A stretch of 64,000 bases of DNA from Amphiscolops sp. MND2022 (lineage: Eukaryota): positions 25,792,001-25,856,000 of the forward strand of contig OZ076412.1 of assembly GCA_964187785.1 (NCBI GenBank), read 5' to 3'. Of this stretch, positions 50,849 to 62,942 are shown piece after piece. Positions within the stretch are counted from its first letter, which is position 1. Each line of letters begins with the position of its first letter. A model generated the notes under the pieces. That model saw nothing but the letters and a program-made list of their open reading frames with translations. It did not search any database and was not told the origin of the DNA. Made by a program: the position numbers and the translations under genes.

Positions 50849-51499
50849 CCCGGGTTGACCCTCTCACTAGCAACTTGCCATGACAAGATCTTGGCAAATT
50901 CTTACTACATGTTTCGCACGTTATTAAAAACACTATTCGGTACAAGCAGCCGAGACTCAATCCAACAATGATCAATGCATGCAAAAATGATTTTAATAAC
51001 TCCTCGCCTGTTTAGGTGAAGGACTGAACAATGCGAATGTACCAAACAAAAGCTCATTTCAAGGGATTTTGAAAACTTGCAACTTATCACTCCTATCGAT
51101 TCCTGAGTCGGACAAAAATGCTCTCAACCTCGAGAGCCACTATCGGAAAGTTACACAGGGAACACCTAGAAATCCGGATTTTTTTTAAAAATTCATATCT
51201 CCTGTTTTCTTTAATCAGTGCCTCCTTAAACAAACAGAATAAGGACTCTTCAATCAAATATTATACCTTGCTAACAGAAACTTGTCATGTATAACAAGGT
51301 AAATCTGCATAAATGTTGATTTTTTTTCTGACCAAATAGGGATTTTACAATTAGATTTTTCTTGAGCACATGGCCCTCTTGGTAAGATCTTAACATGGCA
51401 AAATGAATACCATGACAAAGCCTTGACAGGATCTTAGCCAAAATTGTTCCAAGATCTTGCCAAGATCTTACTACGATATCCATGGAGGGTCAACCCGGG
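50849..51499. mobile_element. MITE with 15-bp TIRs
   Basis: CCCGGGTTGACCCTC / GAGGGTCAACCCGGG, TG on both flanks, subterminal CAAGATCTTG units. Confidence 0.75.
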
Positions 51500-52977
51500 T
51501 GATCCTTAAGAAGAGCTGCGCGCAATTTCATCATTTGAGAAAGCATTGTGTTTCCACAGTGGCGTTTGTGTTTTGAAAATTTTCATTTTCCATTTTCAAA
51601 CGATGAGAAAGATTTGTCCATAGTATTTGACCACAAAAAAAAATAAATTCGTGTCAAAATTATCTAGTTGTTTTTTACTAAAAGTTTTCAAACGTGAAGA
51701 TGTCTCCAAATGTGCGAGTTTTTTTCCAAATTTTTTCCCAAAAAAGTGTCATTTTTAAGGTTTTGTACCGTTTCAGTCAATTAATGAATTTTTTCGCATG
51801 GGTAGAAAAATGCAATGTGTTCAAAAACGAAACAAATGCTCTTCGCTAGTTTTTGAAAAAAAAATCGGAAAAACTCTAAAATTGGTCGAAGAATCATAAT
51901 TTTAAGCTTTTCGTGCGAACTTTCTTGTTTATTGGCTACGCTCGACTCCTAAGAGTTTGTTCAACAAGTTCAGGGCGAATGCTCAGGGGCGTCCTTTTTC
52001 GCGAAAAAACTGCCGAGTCGTATTAAAAACCAGTGCCTACTTTAATAAGACCTAAAATCACTCAATAAAATAAAGTCATCACCTATTTACGACCTACAAA
52101 CGGAAACAAAGTTCACATTGCGAACTAAAAAAAGTTCTTCAAAAAGCAAATCCAATTATGGAAGTGGCAGCTGAGTCTTTTTATCTGGATCGTCTGCTGA
52201 TGGAAGAACGTTTACTTCTTGTAGATGACAATTTATTGAGTTTCATGGAAGCGAAACAAGTCACCGAGATCTTTCTCAGTACCATCTGCATCCTCTACAA
52301 CTTTCTACTTCTCGTGTTTCTCGTGAAAACGAAAAGTTCCGAAAGTGGGCTTTCTTCCCGATGATGTTTGTCGATTTGATAGGGCCTGGGATAGCCAACA
52401 TTGTTTTCGAGTGGAAGCTGGCCTTTGAAATAGAAAAATATATTGAATGGATGGCCCCACGGTACAGCATCATTTTTCTGTTGCCTCGAAACTTTGTTGT
52501 GTTTACCAGTCTTCACGGAGTTCCTCAATGTGTTTCGGTGTATCTCAAGGTTAGGGCCATCAAAATTGTGATACCTTTCTCTAATGATGGTTATCAAGCA
52601 TCAAAAGTATACTGGGAAAGACATTCATGGAAAAATGACAAAAACTAGAAAACTACTATCATTTCCAAGATTCGAAGCTTCGGGATTGTGACAAGAAGCG
52701 TAAATAGTCTAGGGTTGACTTTACAATCGCTTTGCTATGCCATAGCACGATGCGTCTTTTGGTTGACTAGTTGAAATCTTCCTTCTATAAACCGCTTTCT
52801 CATGAAAAAGCTAGAGTTCGCTCTTCTCCTAGTTTTTCAACTAGTTGTATTCCATGTCTCAGGATTTCTCAGTTATGTCAAACAGCATCACGTTGGTCAT
52901 GGGGTCCGAAAAATTATATGAACTTGGTTTTATCATGATGAGTTGTACTTAAATACCTGCATTTAATTAGCAGAAAT

Positions 52978-54675
52978 TGTTAGACGCCCTTACGGTAAAT
53001 GATGGAGTTGCAGCGGAGGCGTCTGTTTGTCTCTCCTTTTGTCCTGTTTGTCCTGTTTGTCTTCATTTTGTTGAATTAATCTCACCATTATAGCTTTTAT
53101 TGCGGACATTTCGTTTTGGAGATGATTAAATCTCTCTTCATTATCTTGCTGAGAAACAAACCCATGAATTGGCGAATCAGGCCTAACTTGAGCGTGTTCA
53201 TTTGTGAGGATAACGTTATTCTTCATATCTGTGTTAATTTTATTACTAGGAATACTATTTTCCGTACCAGATGAATTTGAGATTAAACACTTTCCACTAC
53301 TGAGTTCTCTAGGAGAGCTAGTACTCATGTGATGAGGAAAAGATGGATATGTTTGGATGAGAGTTGACTGGAATTGTAAATGAAGGGAAATCAAGGTAAA
53401 TGGTAAGGTAACAATGTATCAGTATATCCGTCTTCACTGTAGCTAGTTAAATCTCGTCTCTAGAAGTCTTCTGTTGGTAGGTGGTAAGACGCAATTCTTA
53501 CAATCGGTGCGTTCTTATTGGGCAATAGCTGAGTGCTAATTAGCATTTGCTCACGTGCCCAGTCATGCACATGTGGCAAGAGGGCTACTAGACAAAGATT
53601 GCGCGCAAATTCAAATTTAGTTTGAAATGCGCAATAACTACTAACTGAGTCACCGTAAACATCATAAACGCATCACATTGAAGTATAAAATGGTCACGGA
53701 TTCAGTTTGAGTAATTCTAAAGAGAAGCGATGTAGTTACGATAATTCTATTGCGCTAAAATGATTAAAACACACAATACAATAAGTTTTGTCGTTTAGAC
53801 ATCGTTTCCACTAATTGAGCCTGTGAGTATGACTGTAGATGTAGGAACGATGAAAGTGTTCTGGCTGGTAGTATGTGTAATAAACTAGATGTGAAAACGA
53901 TGAATCAAGGTATGGGTGAAGCACAGAGCACAAATGGGAGTGGTTACATCGCTTTATCGTTAATTATTAATTAAAAGTCCATTTTTCGATGTGTAAGTGA
54001 TGGAAAATTTTCATCGTTCTTCCATTGTCCTTTGTATGTCCTCCGTTATCGAACCGTAAACGATGTGTACACGATTAAACATCTTCATCTGTTTCACATC
54101 GTTTGTAAAATAGCACTAAAGGTACAGAAGCAAAAGGATTCATCAGTTTTACAATCGTTCCTTCAAATTCTCACTCTCCGTGGCTCTATATGGTTAAACG
54201 ATGTAATTTGGATGAAACCTACTGGATTGAGGCTAATTTGGAGTTTCAACATGATTATCATCATTTCAGCATCGTTATATTGTTATTGAGAGCAATGAGG
54301 ATTGTCTCAGTAGTTTACTCTGATGCAGGAGCTTTCTAACGAGTGTCAGTCTCATTTCTTTTCCATCCGAGTGTCCAGTTTGAACAAGAGACTATTTTCT
54401 TCCTTGTGCGACAATCCAAAAATGAAAAATAGTACCTCCGCTAGTTAGCACGATCATGAAATGCGAATATCGGAACTAGAGTGCTCTGTATTAAATAAAT
54501 AAACTACTCAAATCTCAGAAGGGGGAATAGGAGGATTAGGTACAAGTAACGTAGGGTTGCTCACAACCATAGCTCTAATTATATGACTTCATATTGCCAT
54601 AGACAAGTACATATGACATAATATTTTACATTACAAGTATTTAGTAGATTATATTTCCATCATGCTGGCATGACA
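52978..54675 (-). repeat. Probable 3' LTR of the Gypsy element (about 1.7 kb)
   Basis: Minus strand starts TGTCATGCC after CCGGGAG and ends GGCGTCTAACA (imperfect inverted termini). PPT is weak, and the partner LTR and TSD are not in the window. Confidence 0.55.
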
Positions 54676-55724
54676 CTCCCGGGGGGAATGGAAGGAGAGC
54701 GCACAGGCCAAATGTGCAGAGGATGGTTGTTGCAGCGTGGGCTTTGACAACGTCCTTCGTTGGTCTAGGGGTGAATGGTCTTCGTTGGTACTCAAATAGA
54801 CGATTCCTTCGTTGGTACTGTCCCATTGTAATCTTCTCTGAGAAGGGGACATTGGTTGTCGTTGGTTTTCTGGTATAGTTTCTCGGTTATTTCGGTTAGA
54901 ATCGTGACGCGGCAGTTCTAGGTCTTGGCCCATCGAATATCCGCAGATCGGCTTTTTGTGGCTGTCATAAGTAATTGTAGAATCTCGTTTGGTATCTGGC
55001 TTGGATCGGGAGTAGTGATGTTATTTTGGGTTGATGAAGTGGAGAGAGTGAAAAACAAGTGAAAGAAGAGTGAATGAACTGGCGGATGGAAATTCAAAAC
55101 AAGCGTGAATGAGAATGACGTAATAACGTGTGCTCTGTTGTGGTAGATCTTCCAACTGTGCGCGAGGAGGAAACGTTCAGTTATCTTGATTAGTCATTGA
55201 GTGGATAAAATAGCCACAATTTGGAGTGCGTCTTTTCGCTGAGTGTGTTAATCATGCAAATTGCTAACGACGCTGGCAGCTGCATCTGACACTTTGATAA
55301 GATATTTACTGGAAATTTGAGTAATTTTGTCGAGACAAACTGTTGTTTCCTCTGCTAGTTGGTGGAAGGAGATAGTGAAGTTGATCCAATATTGAAGATT
55401 TTTCGATCAGATTTTTTCTTCTTTTTAGATTGTGATTGTTAGATGTAGTCGAAACGTTATTGGTTCCTTTGACCGTTGTAAAGATTAAATTGATTCCATA
55501 TCACGGTTTATCAGGCCATTATGTTTGTGGAATATCGTTGTTTTCGTATCTTCAATTTGAGTCCACTTTTACTATCCATCTTCATTCGTGTCCTGTTTTT
55601 CAGATTGCATTCTTGTTGACATATCTGATTGCCATCGCTGAGATGTCCGACGATAGACAATTCAATCATTTTACTGGACTTAGTCCGTTTAGTTAGTCAT
55701 CTTTCTTTCGTCGTCACGGCTGTC

Positions 55725-58700
55725 ATGGATTTGGGCAATTATGATGTGAATTATTGTCTGTTTAGCCACTGAAGAACGTATGACACCTTCTGGGCCTGGA
55801 AGTCCAAGGGTGTATACAGAATTAACTGGTGTGGGCCCGATGCCGCCCATGCAGACTCCAACTATACACCAACCTCTTATGCCCGTTTATCCGCAGCGTG
55901 AGTCTTCTACCGTTCCCTCTGGAAGCGCCTCAACTTGTCGTTTCCATAGTTTAGTCATCGTCATACAATAACATTGTTGTTTCAGTGTATTCTTCGTGGC
56001 AGCAATCGCTTGGAAGACTTTCCTTGGGCAGGTACGATGGTTCTTTTCGGAGTGTAGTTCGAGAAGAACTTGCTTGTACCCGTAAGTTACATTTTCTTTT
56101 TTGTCGTAATTGTGAGTTGTGTGGACCAGTAAATTAGGATTGGCCCGTATGCTTTTCATCTGTTCTCATCGTAGTAGGGCCAGCTATGTAGAAACAATGA
56201 ATACTGTTGGTTTTAGTCCCGCGAGAATTACAAGGCTTGGAGAGGCCTGTCGTTTGTCACATGGTGTCTGTGGCGTGTGGTGCCGAGCTAGAGGACGCCC
56301 CACAGGCTGTTGCCACTCAAACTTGACTGGAGTTTTCGATTGAATCATCTCCCAGAAGCAGTGGAGAGCCAGAAGTTGCTGTTGAGCAGGAGCCGATGGA
56401 AGCTGGCGGATCAAGTGTAGGAGCTGTTGTGGGCGTTTGTGGAAACCCTGGAGTTCCTGCTAGCGTGAATTTGCTAAGTGTGTCTGGCGTCGGCAGTTCG
56501 CCCGTTGGCAATGCTGTACCTTCCACCAGTCGTCCGGTTCGGTCAGGTAAACAAAACAGCTTCAAAGATCATGTGGTTCATCGTCATTCCATTGTGGAAT
56601 TGGTTCCTAGCTCCTTAAGATATCTTTTTAAGTTTTTAACTAGACGTTTTCGTTCAATCTTCGTGTTTTTTGTTGTTTTTTGACTTTGTTCTTCATTGAA
56701 CACTTCGTTTTTTTGTAGGCTTGTTTTGATTGTAAGGGCTTCGAAGTAAAAACATCGTTTCTTCGTCGTTTTATACAAGGAGGTTACTTTCATTGTCGTT
56801 CTACGGTAAATGCAGAGGCTTCATCGTTTTTTCATCGGTTTCTTGTTTCAGTCGCAAAGAACAGTATACGTTCCAGCTGGTTTCAACATCAGTATGCAGG
56901 GATGTCTCTGTGTTCCGCACGGGATCACAGATCGTCCGATGCATATGTGCGTTGTCTAAGGTGCCGGTCCGATTTGAAGGTCGGGAGCCGTGGTATCTCG
57001 ACGTATCTGGAGCACTGTCGTGGTGTCATTCACCACAAGCTGGATTGTTTGGTGCGTTCTCGGCGGGGGCTGTTCCTGCGTCGACGAACCGGAGCGGTTA
57101 TGAGTGCAACTGGAGCGGCTGACTTGGAGGAGGAACTGAGAGGCTTGTCATTGCCTGATGTTAAGGTATGGCCGTCTTTCTCGGTTAGAGAAGTGTTTGC
57201 AGTAGAAGCGCGAGGCGACAGTATCTGGGACTTAGGGGTGGAGACGTCTTTTTATGTTTTGCCGTGGACGCGGTGTACCGGGGTGGAGACGTCACGAGCC
57301 TCACCCATCTGTGGGGTTCAGATGCGCGTACTGACAATTCATACCGGAGCTTGTTCGTCGGCAGTTCTCGAAAAGAGGACGTTATCTCTAGTAAATTTTA
57401 CATGTCTTGCATGTGTTACAAGTATTTCCGAAGCATGAATTGTGTTCTAACGTTATGAAGTGGGCTAATGGTCGTTGTATGTGATTCTTAAGACAGTGAT
57501 TCTTAATGTGATTTTAATTCCAAAAAATTACAGACGCCTGAATACTCTATCGTAGTTACGATAGAGTATTCTAGCGTCTGCAATTTTTTGTATGTTTTTA
57601 GGCAGATTTAGTGTTCGGTGTTTGGCCGTACGGGGTTGGATCGATCTCAGCAGTCGTGTGTGCGGAAGCTCCCGTCGGTCTCCACGTGGAACTGGACCGG
57701 AATGTGTTGCGCTGTTCCTCCGTTACAGTGGCTGAGTCTGATGTGCTGAGGGGGTACGTTCTCTTCAAAGTGGGAGCTACTGGACAGTGGGAACAGAGGG
57801 TAGCTGACTGGATAGCTAACTACTGGTGTATTACGTTGGAAGAACTCGTGCCTGTAGGAGTCAGTTGTGTAGTTATGCCTTCGTTGCGAAGAATGATGCA
57901 AGGAGGAAATGGTCTTGGAAGTGTTCTGTTGGATCCAGTGCGCTTAGAGTCTGTCATGCAGGTGGTCACTGCGTGGGGATTGTCTGTCTTGGTTGGACAA
58001 GACGTTCATGTCGAGTTGAATTTCTTGCTGATAAAGCTGCGCGATAGTCTGACGGATCTGTTTTGGTGGCTTGTCCGGCACTAGTGCGAGTAAGTGTGGA
58101 TTATTTTCGTTTTAAAGTACTCTTTTCTTCTACTTTCAGTGAGTTAGAAATAGTATGGTCGGAGATCACTCTGTTTAGTTCAGTTGAATGTTTTAGTGTG
58201 TGGTATCTGGAGAAATATCTAAATGGGAGATTGTACTGGAGGAGCTACGTGAATCTTGTGAGAGTTTGCTCACCTTGGTGGAACGCTTGGACCAGTTGAG
58301 CGGCAGTGTGGATCCGATGCGGATTGAACTGTTGGTGTTACAGGAAGCTGGTCTGTCCCTCAAGTTTCATGCGGTGGAATTGGTGTACACGATCGGTTAT
58401 TACGAATATTTTGTTGTGCCTTCACGTTAATCAGTCGTTGTGTATATGTTAATTTTGGAATTAGTGTTTAGTTGTCATACGATGTACATCGTCTGGGTTT
58501 GAAATTCAAGAAAGTTGTATTCAAAGGTTTCATCGGTTACACATTGTTTTGTGGTAAACTTGTTGTTTTTCGTTTCTCTATCTGTTTTAGTCTTGGAAGG
58601 ACTGCAACAAACCTTCAGTGAGATCCTGTATCGCGGCGTGTATGGGCTGAGCGAGGTACTAAAGGTGGTTCGACATCCCTGTCTCATGGTGGCTGAAGAG

Positions 58701-59532
58701 AGTACAGTTCCCTTGAAATGTATCGCTGGACTAATTTTGAACTGGTTGAACTACGCCTAAGTGCAAGGAAGGAAGCTTTGATGTTCCAGACTTTTGCTTC
58801 TCATCGGTCAAGATATGAGTGTGGGGGCGAGTATCAACATGCTGTCACTGTGGTAGAAGAATTTGTCATAACAGTCGCTCTGACTCTCCTGCGCTTGCCT
58901 TAAGTATCGAATCAGGTCAAATGGCGTTGGCCTGTTGGGGCCCGGATGTGTTGATGCATGGTCTTGTTAACTGAATGAACGAGATCATGGGCTGTTATTT
59001 GGAAATTTTGGAGCGAAAAGGACGAGTGGTTCATGCAGACAGGCCGGCCATGCTTGAGTCTTTTGTGCGGTTGGTTGGTCAGTTCAGAGATGATCACGCC
59101 GAAGACTATGAGTTGAAAACCCATGAGACAGAGCAGTCGCAATATGGCTCAAAAGACGTTGTTTTACAGCGTCTTATACAGTTATCCTTTCGCGTGAGTG
59201 GTAGTGTCAATCAGAGCCACAAGTTTGTAAATTTCAGTCTACCACAACTGTCGTCAGAGAACATGTCGAGCGTGATTCGTACTATTCTGAGTTGGTGTCT
59301 TTCCCGAGGTGTCAGGATTCTGCACAGTACTCCAGGCGGTCTGGTGGCGGAAAGTAGTGATGTGGTAGGACGAGCTATAGAACTAGGAGCCGTGCGTATG
59401 GATGATTTGTGGGAAGAAGTAGACAGAGCATCGACTGATGGTTACAGAGAGTCAGTATGCGAGCGTATGGGGTTGAATCTTGATGGAAACAGAGCAGAAA
59501 GTCCGGAGATTGGAGGTGAACACAGATTTTGA
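55725..59532 (+). pseudogene. Spliced antisense accessory gene inside the Gypsy element, zinc-finger protein, decayed
   Basis: Exons about 55725-56546, 56852-57390, 57606-58089, 58140-58425, 58591-59532; four GT-AG introns, all phase-matched; C-x2-C-x16-H-x5-H at 56953-57033; several stops and frameshifts. Confidence 0.75.
57521..57590. other. 70-nt near-perfect hairpin in intron 2 of the antisense gene
   Basis: CAAAAAATTACAGACGCCTGAATACTCTATCGTA-GT-TACGATAGAGTATTCTAGCGTCTGCAATTTTTTG; 34-nt arms with 3 mismatched positions. Confidence 0.9.
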
Positions 59533-61355
59533 AGGCTTTGAATTGTTTGATATTAGACATTGCAATCTGGTGATTTTGTACAGATTTGATGTGGTTGGTA
59601 AGGGCAGAGCACTTACATTTTGTTGTATTTATTCCATTTGTTCTATGTAGTTAGTGGGAGTACTAATTGAGTTCTGTCCAATAGTGCCTTCTGTTTTTTG
59701 ACAGATTCGGGCGTTTTGTAGTTTTCGACTGACTAGTTGTGTGTTTTTTGTAGGAGTTGCGTGATAGGAATTTTTTTGTGAAAATTTTGTGTTTGTGTAA
59801 GTATGTTAGTATTTAAAACAATTTTGTTCATTGGACAAGGTTTTGTCGTTACAAAACCTCTACAAAACTAACTTAGAATCCACTGTGTCATCGGATTAGC
59901 CGGGAAGCACAGCTTCATCTGAAAGCGAACCCCCATTGAACAGACACTACGATGAGAAATGTCTACCTGCATGATTGAACATGAATGCTGGTTGAATTGT
60001 ATGGGTTATAGTTGTTTCTGGTTGACTTGACAGTGACGGTTGACAAGTTATGATAATTAATTGAGTGTCTGTTGGACTTCAGTTTCATGTTGTTTGTCTT
60101 ACTTTTTTTTGCCATTTTTGTAATTCCTGTGAGAGAGAGTACATGATTACATTTGGTAGGAGATATTAGTGAAGAGAAATTATCATGTGCTTTTAAGTTG
60201 GCTTGCATGTATTTTGTTCGTTGTTGGACTAAGGAAAATTGCATGAGTGTAAAGTACATGTAATTCCTGTATACAGTGACGTGCGTCGTTTAGGCTGCGG
60301 TTTTGTACATGAAGGTGCTTTTACTTTACATGTATGAGGTTTTCAAGATTTTTATGAGGCGATGTGTGAGCGGTGGATGATTTCCATCGTTTTGACATCG
60401 TTACAGAGAGCTCGTGTGTAAGTGGTGTTGACCTTTGTGACGATGAGAGAACGATGGAACAATTCCATCGCATTGTGATCGTTACTTTTTGGCTGTGTGA
60501 GCTTTGGGTTGAAAACTAGGAACGATGAGTAAACGATGAAAGATTTCCATCGTTTTGCCATTGGTGTGATTTTCATGCGGTTTTAAGCTGGTGACTGGTG
60601 TTATTTCATCGTTTCGTTATGCTCAATCGGAGAGATGTATAACCTTTGTGTCAATGTAAGGCGGAGCATATAGATATTGACGATTGAGGAAGAAGTCTCT
60701 CTGTAATGACTGAGAAGAGCAAAGAGAAGGGAGATTTAGAAGTGACGGAGAGCTTCCATCTCTTTTACATCGTATTACCTATTCATGTCAAGCGGGCACG
60801 ATAGTTTGTCTGTTTTCCATCGTTTTGTCGGTAATTGTATGTTTCATCATTTCAAGGTTGCTAACCGGATGTTAACACGAGGCGAAGCCTACAAATTATC
60901 AACAACCAGGTTGAAGAACTTTTGCATGATTTGTGACATGGTCGGAGAGAAGGTGAGGATGTGAAAACGATGCTTTTGAATCATCGTTTAAGCATCTTGA
61001 GTCTTAGGTAATTTGCGATGTGTTTTCGGTAGAAATGTTCCATCGGTGTTACATCATTTCTCGTAGTTTTTCTGTTTCTTCGCGATGAGACGTCGTTTAA
61101 CCATCGTTTTGATGTGACAGGGACATCTACATGTTTTTCTGTCTTTTTTACTGCAGGGCAGTGTTTGTTTTGCGTAGTGCGTTTCTAGCGTTTGAGATTT
61201 CATGAATTAGGAAGTCTGAGTAACGTTTCGACTGAGGGTTTCCGCGTAGTCTGTCTATCTTTGCTTCTAATTGTCCTCGTCGTTGTTGGATTTGTTGTTT
61301 CTTCGTCATTCACCTGTCGAGGTGTCTTAGTGTTATTAGATATGGCTGGTGGTTC

Positions 61356-62700
61356 TTATCGGTTTGATGTGTCTTCTGTGATATTTTGCAGAATTATTTC
61401 ATCGTTTTCGCTGAAATGTATATGGGGGGCGCTTTGCGGTAGGTTATCTATAATTATTTCCGATTGTGGTGTGAGTGACAGTTTGTTCGGTAATCTATTT
61501 AGTGGTCTGTTGCGTCGGATTGCTTGTTGGTGATCTGAAGATTTTAGTCGAATGACTCGGTTCAGAATTTGTTTTTCTTTGTCTCGGAATGTGGGAGTCA
61601 AATATATCGGAATCTTCCGTGCGGTCCATGTCAGCGTATACTGGTTGATTACCGATGTCTACGTCTATTACAGGAAACTCCGATTTGAAGATTTTCAGTC
61701 GTACACGCACGGTGAGCGCATTGTGTTTTGAACCTTCCTACTTTCCGTATGATGTTACTGTCGGACATCATTTTCATCACTTTGAACGGACCTTTCCAGT
61801 GGAAGGTCTTAAACTCTTCTTTACAACCCTGTGAGTCGTTCTTGGGGTCAAGCAGGAAAACAAGTTCGTTCACTCCGAGTGGTTGCGCTTCGGTTTTTCT
61901 GTCATAATAAGCTTTGTATTTGTGGTACGCAGCTTCTATGTTGAATGTGTTATCTCGGTAGATTTCGTTCATTCGTTCTAAGATTATGTTGACGTCTCCA
62001 ACTTTGATGTCGACTTGTCTTTCAGGGTTAGAGTATTTTAGGTCCAAAGCGTTGTATGGAGTGCGTCCGTGGACGATTTCAGTTGGTGAACACTTCAGAG
62101 AAGCGTGGTACGTTGTATTGTGGGTCATGGTTGCTATGTCGACATAGCGGTCACATTGTTGTCTGTCTATATTTACATGTATTTTCAAGATCTTTTTAAT
62201 TTTTGCATGACTTTTCTCGACCATGCCTATAGTTTGTGCATGTTTTAGTTGCATGGGAGATTTAAATGTCGGTGGCTTTAGTAACTTGTTGGAACAGTTC
62301 GCGGTGGAAACGGATCCTTTGTCGGTCAGGATATGCATTGGAACGTAGGCGTGTTTGGCAAATACCGACAGGAGAGCGGTAACGACAGATATTGTGTCAG
62401 GTTTACGGAGCGGTACAGCAAACAAATAACGCAAAATTACGTCGATTGCGGTCAAAATGTGTGTGAATCCGTTCGACGTAGGCAGGGGTCCGACTATGTC
62501 TACTTCCAACAGATCAGTAGGACCGTTACACGGGTCGTATATTTTTTGCAACGGTGGACAGAGTTTTGATTCGTTTGTAGATTTTGATCGCATACAACAT
62601 TCACGACCTTGTTTTTTTGCGTTTTTTCAGCAAGGCTTGGAGAGTAGTTGCGTTTACGTAGTTCATGTAACATCTTTGACGATGAATTTTGTGTACACTG
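61356..62700 (-). pseudogene. Gypsy integrase (rve core) and C-terminal extension, disrupted
   Basis: LEVDIVGPLP, ILTAIDV, ILTDKGS, IGMVEKSH, HNTTYH..SP motifs. Confidence 0.92.
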
Positions 62701-62942
62701 GTAGTTGAGCGTCGGACATTAGTCGGTAGATCGGAGGGCTGCTTGTGTGATTATCCTCAGAGGCCGGTGGTGCTGAGTCTACACATTTCATCGGTTTGTC
62801 ATCGTCGAGCTTCATTGGCGCAGAGGTGGTCGCTCTCATCGGTTTTCATCGTGTGACATCTTCTGTCTCAGTGGTTCCCGGGAGGGGGAGGTAGTCTGGT
62901 TCGTCTTCCTCCTGTTTGGCGTCTTCGAGGCAATGTCGAATT

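Noticed and set aside
52158-52648. Possible piggyBac-like transposase remnant
   Set aside because: Only vague similarity (IKI..SNDGY); no catalytic motifs, TIRs or TTAA established.
54649-56793. Minus-strand ORFs (MKVTSLY.., MIRQLPS.., MKSIRAN.., MGQDLEL..) as an env-like or protease-like extra sense gene
   Set aside because: Mostly the reverse-frame shadow of the plus-strand spliced gene or its intron; no signal peptide, TM segment or recognisable domain.
59880-59960. GC-richer island with TCATCG..CGATGA pairing, considered as a hammerhead, HDV-like ribozyme or SECIS
   Set aside because: No CTGANGA/GAAA core, no HDV P3/L3 pattern, and the SECIS-like helix would be only about 6 bp.
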